Program-made: the position numbers and the translations under genes
Shown: one piece after another, positions 28,101 to 38,300 of the stretch
Layout of the letters: each line of letters starts with the position of its first letter
How positions within the stretch are numbered: position 1 is the stretch's first letter
The notes under the pieces: model-generated
Databases searched by the model: none
What the model saw: only the letters and a program-made list of their open reading frames with translations
Told to the model about the DNA's origin: nothing
NCBI GenBank assembly: GCA_040954595.2
Contig: CM082593.2
Location: 2,621,434-2,685,433 of the forward strand
DNA from: Balanoglossus misakiensis
Lineage: Eukaryota > Animalia > Hemichordata
Direction of reading: 5' to 3'
DNA: 64,000 bases

Positions 28101-29135
28101 ATTTATACAAATGCGATGATATAGCAAGGTTAACCCCTATGAAATAAGCTAAAATTACCAATTTTCTGTTATTATAAATCAATGTCATCACTTACCTCTA
28201 AGGAGTGGAAATTTTGTCCCAATCTTTGCAGGCAATCTGGTAAGTGCATTATTTGATAAATTGCACGATTCTGGTTGTACTTCTGTGAAGAAAAAGAAAA
28301 CAGCATCTGGGATTTTCTTCAGGTTACAGCTGGACAGATCTGAAACAAAAAGTGCGTAAGTAAGAAAACAGTAGCATAACTAATGCGATTAATAGAGGGC
28401 GCTATTTACATATCTGTGGCATGTACGCTTTCACCCATTTGATGTGGAATTTACATGATGGGAGACCATTAAAAATAACTCTAGTGTCAATTTATTCATT
28501 TAAAAATTGCCTATAAATATTCCTGTATGGAATTACTTTTGTGAACATCAGGCAGTCAACGAATATTCCACACTGGATAAGAATCTGAGGTTGTCAGTTG
28601 AGTTTAGATGCTAGACTTTTTTCTGATCCACTGAAAATAATTAATGGTGACACAGTTATTTATTTCAATTCACATTCAGTGTTTTATCCAGGATGCAAGA
28701 GAAGGGTGAGGCTGTCCCTAACCCACTCATTTGTGGGGAATTTACATACAGAGGATCTGAAATGATTTTAAGAAAGGTGCCAAAATCTATCCTATAGGAT
28801 AGTCCTATAAGAGAATCCTATAGGATATTTTTGTAAGGGTATGTACTAATAGTTGTTGCCCTCTTATCCAGTAAACATCCAATCCTGCATCCCAGATCAA
28901 ACACTGTTTAATACCTCAAGACAGAAAAGAATGACAACTTTTCATGTCAGTAAAGAATTTGTACTACTACTAGTGACTAGTGCAGTATTTTTTTTTAAAT
29001 CAGGCTTTTCCTTTCAACTTGCAAAACCAGTGGCATTCCACACGAGGTGACGTGCACCATACCTAAATTTCCATCCGACTGCGCACTCCGGCACTTGTTA
29101 GTAATGTCGGCGACAGACTGGGCTTGGCCCGACAT
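25111..29135 (-). CDS. LRRC20: Leucine-rich repeat-containing protein 20, 4 exons, 179 aa
   Basis: Exons 29135-29063, 28339-28196, 26489-26322 and 25265-25111, all phase 1 GT-AG, total 540 nt. Translation: MSGQAQSVADITNKCRSAQSDGNLDLSSCNLKKIPDAVFFFFTEVQPESCNLSNNALTRLPAKIGTKFPLLRELIISDNKLSALP...LNIEGNMISRVDIGKLLESGRLERLKLRGNPLD...AMP*. Length, LRR layout and the position beside 4E-BP match LRRC20. Confidence 0.85.
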
Positions 29136-29619
29136 TTTGCACAAGACTGGTGTTGTGGTGTGCGCTTGAAATGAACAACAGTCAACAGAGACAGCGAGCT
29201 GAGACACTTCAAACTCCGACTCCGTAGCCCCGCAAAATTGTGACACAGTGAGAAGAAGATTACTTCGCAAAATTATGGCAATCGGTCAGGAATGTAAAAC
29301 AAATAATGAAACAAAAACAACTACTTTAAATATAACGGTCGGCCGCTATGTTTGCGTGAAATGAACATGGCGTGAAATGTTTTGCATGTTTCCGTGCACA
29401 CAAAAGGTCAGGTGTGAAAGGTCAGAGTTCCTCTTTTCCGGTCGGACTTGTTCGGATAGACTCGGTAAACTCCGCCGTTAACTCGTGACTTGGTGGTATG
29501 GTGGTTTGCAACTAGGAGAGGCTGTGTATGTTTCGTCGCTTTCCCACTAATTTACAGATTACATGACAACCTTTCCCCGGTAACTCAGCTCCAGTTCAGC
29601 GTAGCATTTTATTTTAACG
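29136..29619. promoter_or_regulatory. Bidirectional promoter region between LRRC20 (-) and 4E-BP (+)
   Basis: The divergent start codons are 484 bp apart. The interval is CpG-richer and contains forkhead-like gtaaaacaaa (~29294), AGGTCA half-sites (~29405, ~29419) and a pyrimidine tract at 29428-29439. Confidence 0.65.
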
Positions 29620-31651
29620 ATGTCAAAAGACGCTGCGCAGGTCCGCTCCTCGAAGTGTCGAGAAATTCCTCCCCGAAGAGTGATACTGAGCGACCCATCT
29701 CAAATACCTTCGGACTACAGCTCGACTCCGGGAGGTACAATCTTTTCGACTACGCCAGGAGGTATGTGCTGATTTGTTCTTATATTCGACTGCCCTAAAC
29801 AGGAGAGTATTCTTCGCAGCATCGATATACCTGCACGCCGAACGTTGCAATGCTGTAATGTCGTTGCTTTTGAACATATTGCTATGCATTTTGTAAACAC
29901 GCATACTACTACGTCATCCTGCCTGAAATGGCCCCACACTTGTCGCAGACTGAATAGTACATGCATTCATGTCAAATTTCCTGTTGATGTAAAAAACGAA
30001 CGCACTATTGATATGCAGTCACGTTTTTGTCGCGTCATTCGCAGGTGTGCATTGCAGGTAAAATTTTCAGGCATTATTTAGAGGCATCTTTGAGCATATT
30101 GTAAAGGTTGATTGCAATGTCGCGTCATATTTACTAAACCTGCAGACACCTTGCACCACGTGACATTGTTATGATTCGATCATGGCATGATAATAGACCC
30201 TGGTGACGAGGCCCTTGCCCAACACAGGTAATTGACAACGTGCATTACCAAAGGACAAACTGCTGATATTGACGAGCATTGATCTTGGCTGAAATGAACA
30301 TATTTAATCAAATTTTTCCCAAGGGTCAAGATGGGGTTCAATAAAATCAGTATGATGCAATAGCCTTGATAGGCTTATGATAGCTTTAATACAATACTGT
30401 AATTTGTATAGGTTTCACACGTAGTTGTCAAACCCATCCCTTTACTTTCACAATGACCCCTTCCTCAATCCAAGTGACAGTGACAGTTTTGGATCTCAAA
30501 TGTGGTTTTAACCAGTTGATGTCAACAAAGCATAGTAATCTATTATGTTGATACAATGTAATTGGATCAGGGCCAAAGTTCCAAGTGTACTACTTGGAAA
30601 TGGCCTCAGTCAACTATATGATGTACAGCTCTAAGACAGACTTTATCATCCCCTATATGAAAACTTACCTTTATATCCTTGCAGGTACTCGCATTATTTA
30701 TGAGCGCAATTTCTTGATGCAAATGAGGAATTCACCTCTAGCGAAGACCCCACCCAAGAATCTACCAACAATTCCAGGTGTAACTAGTCCAGCTGAACAC
30801 CATACCAGGAAGCCAAAACACGAAAAGAATAAACACCCAAACCATCCTCCTCATCCTCATCCTCATCCAAATCCAAATCCACATCCACACCAGGAAAATC
30901 ATGACAAGGACAAACCAATGGGTAAGCATGAATGTGGAATGATTTTTGCGAGTTTTTTTTTAGCCGCATGCAATTGTACTTCAATAATTTTTTTTCTGCT
31001 TACAGCTTGCCTGCTTAGTATATGTTCAGGTTTTTTATTGCCCCGTCTTCAACATTGCTGACATTGATGCTCTCTCTGCAATTTTGGTTGATCTACACTG
31101 TTTTCAACAAACTTTTAAACTTGCATGTCTTTTTTCATACAGCTCTGATGAGATAATTGCAACAGATCATATTATCTTTTTTTATTTCGCAGCAAGTTTT
31201 CACTTTCTGCAAACCTTGCTTTCAGCTTCCATCTTTGGCTAATTTGCTCATGTATTCATCCAGGAAAATATTGTTTCAGGCAGCAAGAATCCCAGATCTA
31301 CCTGCTAATGCACCCATAGCAATAAAGATGAATGGCTTAATCAACACGCCAACAAAAATATTCACTTCTGGCATGCTGGCACTACACATCTTTCCGAGTT
31401 TCATAACTAGTGTTAATGAGAATATATTGTTTTTTTCTTGCTTTCTTTCCTTTCACAGACCCGGATGAGCCCCAATTCCAGATGGAGATGTAGTCATTGA
31501 TTCAAAAACCGTAACAGTAGAAAGTACGGCAAGATGGAGCTTTTGATGTTTTAGCCTGCCAAATATTTCTTTTGTTCTTTTACTTTTATGTTATTGTATT
31601 TTATTTTATTTTACAGATTTAGATGAGCCCCAATTTGAGATGGACATTTAA
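29620..31651 (+). CDS. EIF4EBP: Eukaryotic translation initiation factor 4E-binding protein, 137 aa, FEMDI isoform
   Basis: Exons 29620-29761, 30685-30921 and 31617-31651. Motifs: REIP (RAIP-like), [28 protein letters not shown] (the two TP sites and the YxxxxLphi eIF4E-binding motif), [15 protein letters not shown] and the C-terminal TOS motif FEMDI*. Confidence 0.95.
31459..31493 (+). CDS. EIF4EBP: Alternative terminal exon of 4E-BP encoding [11 protein letters not shown]
   Basis: Strong polypyrimidine acceptor ctttctttcctttcacag, with the same phase (1) and length (35 nt) as exon 31617-31651 and clear paralogy to it. Confidence 0.7.
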
Positions 31652-34600
31652 TTTCTGCATTGTCACCCTAAACAGTTACAGTAGAGAAAAAAAGTGCGGG
31701 AAGACGGATGTAAAAAGGACTGGTGTCAAATTAAGATCCAAGGTGCAATAGTTGTTGAGAGAAAAAAAAGGTGGTCACCATACGCAAACACAGGACCTGA
31801 AATAAGTGGGAGTTTCATGCTGTGAATCTGGTGCAGGCGGAGTGATTATACTGTCGTAGAAATCATGGTGGAGATAAATAAACAGCAGTCTTAGAATTTT
31901 GAGACAAGTTTATGTTTATGTTCAGACCCACCACTGTGGGATGAGAGACCAAAAAAAATGAAGGCTAATCAGGAAGAGACAATAATTATGTAATTATTGT
32001 AATTATTACTGTATAGTGGAGGTGGGTCTGTTTTATATCCCCTAAATATGCTTCAAACAAGGGGACTTAGTTTTGATAAGATAGGGGCATGATTTTATGA
32101 ACCCCTTACCAGGGATTCACCTCTAACATACGCATAGTTGAACTTTATAATTTCTGTAAAAAGATTTACAAATTTTAATTTGTTACTTTGAGAAGCATCT
32201 TCTTTGTTAGAAGAACTAAAATCTTATGTTGGACTTGTAGGGTAACTGCCTTCAAAAAGGATGTTTTCTGATCTCTCAAATATCACTGACCATAGTCCTG
32301 TTTTAACTGAAAATAAATCCTCCATCTGCTTTAAGAGACACTGTGATGTTCATTATTGTGGGAAGGTGAAAACGGATGATGTGTATAATTTAGTGGGGTT
32401 TTTCAAAGTATTGAACTTGTACCTGGTCCACCATTATGTTAAGATTCTGAGACACTGAACATTGTACCCCCACATGGAAAACCTTCGGCCTGAAGTTAGA
32501 GGGGTTGATGTTCAGGGGGTAACTCTTTTCTACAACTGAAACTTACCAGCTGGCAACAGTGTGGTAACCCTGAATGATTGACAGATACTCTGAGCACTGA
32601 TGGTGCCACCACTGAGTAAAATATCAAGTATTTTGTTTTCTAGTTCACTATTTATGTTTATGTACAGAGCAAAGGATATTTTGGCAGGATGTCCCAAAAA
32701 CTTGGCCATCCACCACAGTAAATACACATATTTCCTACCACCATGTTGCCAGTTGGTTCAAAGCATTCATGATGTTACTTTACTGTAATATTTTTAAGTC
32801 AGCTGAAGAGTATTTCAGCTTCCCTTCAACCAGAAATACATCACCAAAGGGCTACAGCTGATTGGTCATTATCATGACCCCTACATGACCCCATACATCC
32901 TGGTATTTTCATTGGTGAAAGTTGGTCAAAGTTGAATCTTTTGGTGCGAGAAATGTGTAAAAATTTGCTTAAAAACGAGTTGCAGTGGCAACTCTGTTCA
33001 GAATCCAGTAAATGCAGCTGAAGTTATTAGAGTTATTAACGAAACTGGTTGATTATATTATACCTACCACAATGCCAGGATGTAAGGTCATGTGGAGGTC
33101 GTGAAAATGGCTGATTGGCTTGTGTCACATATTTACATTAAAAAGAAATGAATTGCCAGTTGAATTCAGATGCTGCTACTTGTAACCAGGAGGTTTTTGT
33201 TTCGTCTTCTTTTTATGGAGCGCATCATCACTAAAAGTATCGCGGTTCACTGATTTTACCATGTACATGGGACACTGTGTCTTTCCCAGCATTTTCTTGC
33301 ATGATAATAATTAATTTGCATCAATTATGTGAATGTGTATCTGATGTATGCATAAATTAAACTGGCTCTGGTGAAGAACACTGACATGTGGAAACTGAAT
33401 ATAATGAATCATCTGATACGACTGATTCTATTTTTTTATGTTTCTTTTGTAAGCTTTCTTTTGATAGCTTTAGCGTATTGTTTTGTATTTTAATGTGATG
33501 AAAAGCCAGTGCTCTCATCCGGCTGATCCACAGAAACCCGACTTGCGCCATTTTTAATAAAACTGTGTGTCGTGAAATTTTCAGCCTTTTGTTGATAGGG
33601 GTTCCCCTCTGTTGCTATGAAATTTAGTTTCTGAAAATTCTGGATTTGTTTTAGTTCATTCTGAGAATCACGATTCCTTCAAGAATAGAGTGAGGTAAAG
33701 AAAATAGCGCATTCATGGGTTAATCTTAATTTTATGAAATGTTATTTTAGTTTTATGTTTAATTTAGTTAACCAATATTGGATTACATTTAGCAAATTGT
33801 GAGGCAAATTAAACTTTTCACATGGCGACATGATGCAGATATTCAAAAAGTGTTTCTGGTTATATTTGGCAACATTCCAGTAGTGCCTGATTCAGTGCAG
33901 AATTACAGTTGAGAGTATTTCACGGAATAAGATGACATCTTTGACTGTTAATGAAACAGATGCCATCTTGTTCTGAGAAATCATAAACTGTAATAATTCT
34001 CCTGATTCTTGGCACAAGTTTCCGATACTATCAACTCAGGACAAGCTTAAGGATCCACTGATGAACAAACTTGCTGTGAAAGAAAATAACACTTTGAACT
34101 TATAAGTTTTTTTTTATTGATAAAACTGCTGATTGTAATATTTTTTAAGTTGAAAAGTTACAAATACACAGCAGAAAGCTTATTTTTGAGATTTTGAACA
34201 ACTTTTGAGCCAAGGCTAAAAAAAAATATCTCCAAAGCCAGCAACTGTGGAGTAGCATACAGCCCAGGTGGACCAAAGATAAATGGATTACAGACAGGGA
34301 GAAGCCCTGGCCATGAAAATTACACGACATCACAGTTTTGACATCAAAATTCAGGGATTGGTCACTTCATGAAACTTACTGTTTATTTTTTGCACTGTGA
34401 CAGAAACGCTGTCTGATGGATGTCAATTTTACTTTGGCACATTTTTGACATTTTTATTTTGCGTGCAGAGATTGTGTTTTTGCAGTGTATGTGTACCTAG
34501 CTATGTATACCATCTCTATTTAGCCACATAGACTGCTGTATTTAAAAAAGAGGAAAAGTTGACAACTTGTAATTCATGGATGCATGGTTAGTACAACTAA

Positions 34601-35388
34601 TGCACCCCAGTTTTAAAATATAGGTCTGGATATTTGAAAAAAAAATCCCAATTGTAGTCTCCTCATTTCTGTTGTGTTAGCATTACTTTATGTTTTTAAC
34701 ACCCTCACCCTCTATGCCTCTACATCAGCAATGTGTTGCTAAAACGGAACTGAACATACAAGTATTTAAAAACAAAAGGTTTTTGGAAGAGAAAGAAGTG
34801 GGCCACATTCGTTTATTTATTCGCCCAGTTCCAATCAATCACAGCAATGATCACAGATAGACGGACTAGCTGTGAGTCAATCAATCAGTCAGTCCGTATT
34901 TGGGGAAAATAAACTGACATTCGTCACAAGCCATGTCATGGAACAAGTGGCGATATGTGCATTTCATGTAAACTAATTGTATGCGAAATATATCCATGGA
35001 ACAGATTTCTCATGCAGTTTCCGGCTGCCCCTTTGACCAGGTCGTGAAGACATTATTCGTTACCAAATTATCTCCGTCACACTTGGGAAGTAGGAAACCG
35101 GAATAAAGAATTAAATCGTTACATGTAATGGTTGAAAAAATGAAATAACGGAAAAATAATGGGTCTAAATTCAGGATGATATGTACACGTCCGAAGACGA
35201 ATAAGCAGCTGAAAATGCAGTGCGTGAAATACTGTGCGCAATAAGCAACATCCGGGCATTTCATAAGTTTTAACATGGCGGTAGGATAGCAAGTATACTG
35301 AGACGAAATATTGATAAGACACGGGCAAAATAATAGCATTTCTTGTTGTTAAGATTGTTATATTTCATGGGAGATAGATGGTAGGAAA

Positions 35389-38300
35389 ATGCAGAATATT
35401 GAAAGAAGCGTCGGTGATGGCAGAGAGAAACTTCTGAGGATGAGTGAACATATTGAGAACTCGTTGAGTTCGACACCCGATGCAGCCGCCGTTCTGGAAA
35501 AGGCTCAGGTTTTGGCCGCTTTGCAACAAGATTTCATGGCCGATCTGTCCGGCAGTGATGAAGGGGAAGTGTCTGAAGTAAGTATGATTCTTTTCGGGAC
35601 ACACAGTCTATGTTTTAGTGCCCTCGAACATGAGAGACTTGTCTCTTCCGGAAAGCGACGGGATCCATGCTTTTTGGCTCCTACGCACCAAAGCTAGTTC
35701 AATCATATGGCACGTGAATGTCTATTTCGGAATATACTTGACTGTCTGCGGTGTCCTGTCCCAATTTTACCGAAAAATAGAATTACATGAGACAATACTG
35801 ATTATATTATATTGTTTGCCAATTATTTCGAAACATCGGTTACTCTGTTATACAATGGTGAGATGTGTGGCCTGTTCCGTGTTTGGTTTTGATATGGCGA
35901 TGGAGGTTTGTCCTGGCCAGTGACCCTTTGAAACATTTTCAACCTATCAACATGAAGTCAACATGAAATTTCTTGACATTGCATGAACGTCATCCAAATA
36001 TACACACAGTCTGGCCATGAAGTACAATGATAATGAATGAGTGTATTGAAACCCTTCATTACAGTAAGGCACAGTGAACTTGGCTTTCTGCGCCTCTACC
36101 ACACACAGACCTAAACACTGTACTTATGAATGTAGCCTTCTCTATGAAGTAGAAAGGTTTCATCATCTCACTCTATGTATAATGCCACACCCCATCAATG
36201 TCAATTTTTACCAGATGTAAGCTAGCATGCTGTGATGAGTGATAAAATCTGTTTTGTGATATTGTCAGAAAATTATTCATGCAGATTTTTGAAGAGACCG
36301 TGATATCTTCCATCTTCTGATTCGTCAGCTTCGTTCAACTGTTAAACACAAACACCCATCTTAACATCTTAATAATTTCAAAGTTTTCAACTTAAGAACC
36401 CCTGATCTTGGGCAGAAGTCACATGACACAATCTTTGGATCATGTGATGGTGCGCTTATTTCATGTGGCCACCCAAGTGAAAATCTATGATTGGTTAGGT
36501 CGCCACTTTCCATAGTAACTGGCTAAGATTGCATGGGTGAACATATACATGATGACATCTAAATGCCCCAGCAGGACAGAATCAGACATGTTGAAAGAGT
36601 TTCACTTTGGATGGGTACACAAACATATACATGTTGGTGAATACGTGAGGAGGCTCCTGTAATGTATCCCCTGTTTTCACACCTGATTTGTTCACTCCAC
36701 CAAGGAAGGACTTCTAGTTCTAGTAAATGTTTGTACAAATAATGGTCATGAAAATCGCCAATTCTTCCCTATACAATGATTTGTGTTTGTAAACAAGTCA
36801 CATGGTCCTGTTATTCCACCAGTTGCTGGTTTAGTCAGGAGTAGATCTATACAAAAGCACCTGGGTTAAAGTTCACAGGACATGTTGACCTTGCATTCAT
36901 AAGAGACAGATTGTTGGCAAGTCACATGTGCTGCCCCAGATGAGTTGACCTGTAAACATGTTTTTCTGAGCATGCTCTAAAATCGCCACATGTTAATTTT
37001 GCTTGAAGAATACAGTGATAGCCCAGGTTTGGACAGTTGATATCATTATTTCAGTTTGACGCAAAGAATGACAACAAATGGAATTCTCAAATTATTTTGA
37101 CTTGTACAGGTGGAATCTTTCATCCTCGATCAGGAAGATTTAGAAGGTGAACCCATACTGGACACTGCATCGAAACTCCTGCAGCTAAATAGCACTGGTG
37201 GTGATTTGAAAATCGTCGATCCAGACACGCAAGAGAAGTTAGAAGCATTATTAGATGCTGCAGGCATACGAAAATTGGCCACTGTTGACGGGAAAGCATT
37301 TACAGATCCTGAGGTTCTAAGAAGATTGACCTCCTCTGTGAGCTGTGCGTTGGATGAAGCTGCTGCCGCTCTCAGCCGAATGCGAGCAGAGACTTCTGGA
37401 TCAGGACCAGTATATGAAGGGTAAGTGTTAACCCTTCCACCCCCGTTTCACTCTGTAGAGGTCCAACTTTAACCATAGACAACAATAGATTTTGACCAAA
37501 CCATGGTAGTGAAAAGGGTTAAATGTTGAATCTATACTGTGGTGATGTCGCTCAGTCAGCTTTCAAATTCCTGATAAGTTACTTTAAGATTACTTGGAAT
37601 GGAGGATGTGGAATTAATGCTAGATGATATTGCCTGTTACAGAATCAGATCTCTGGTAGATGCATGCACAGAAGGCGACGTCAACGCAGTGAGGAAGCTC
37701 CTTGATGAAGGACGGAGTGTACATGAAACAACAGAAGAGGGTGAAAGCCTCTTATCCCTGGCATGTTCTGCTGGATATTATGAATTAGCACAGGTTAGTG
37801 ATTGTCTTCTATTTCTAGTTTTCATGCAAATAATAATCCTTCAATTAAGCTCCAGGCAGACCTGACTTTGTTATATTTTACCCTTGGAAAGGCCAGTTTG
37901 AATATTGACATGCTTCACCTGTTCTCTGCCCAGGTTCTACTCGCAATGCATGCAAATGTTGAAGATCGGGGTATCAAGGGCGACTGTACTCCTCTGATGG
38001 AAGCGGCATCTGCAGGCCACACTGATATTGTGCGGCTGTTACTGGCACACGGTGCAGATGTCAATGCACAGTCCTCAACTGGTAAGTGTTGTGTGGCTAA
38101 GGTGTTTGGAGAAGGGACATCGCACGAGAACAATATCAGAATCCGAAAAAAATCTTAATCCGTGAATATGCCATTTTCATGACGCCTGATTGACCTTACG
38201 TCCTGGTATTTTGTTGGTGTGTTTTCACTCTTGCTTCCACTCAGCAATATTTGCAGCACCGACTGTTCTGAATACGATTTACTTTTACCATACGTCACTA

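Noticed and set aside
31920-32030. SECIS element or pre-miRNA in the 4E-BP 3' region
   Set aside because: No in-frame UGA is needed in any gene model and there is no convincing AUGA/GA quartet. The hairpins lack the compact ~60-70-nt pre-miRNA geometry.
31652-35388. A nodal/TGF-beta gene downstream of 4E-BP, as in vertebrates
   Set aside because: No ORF or exon with a cystine-knot pattern is visible on either strand.
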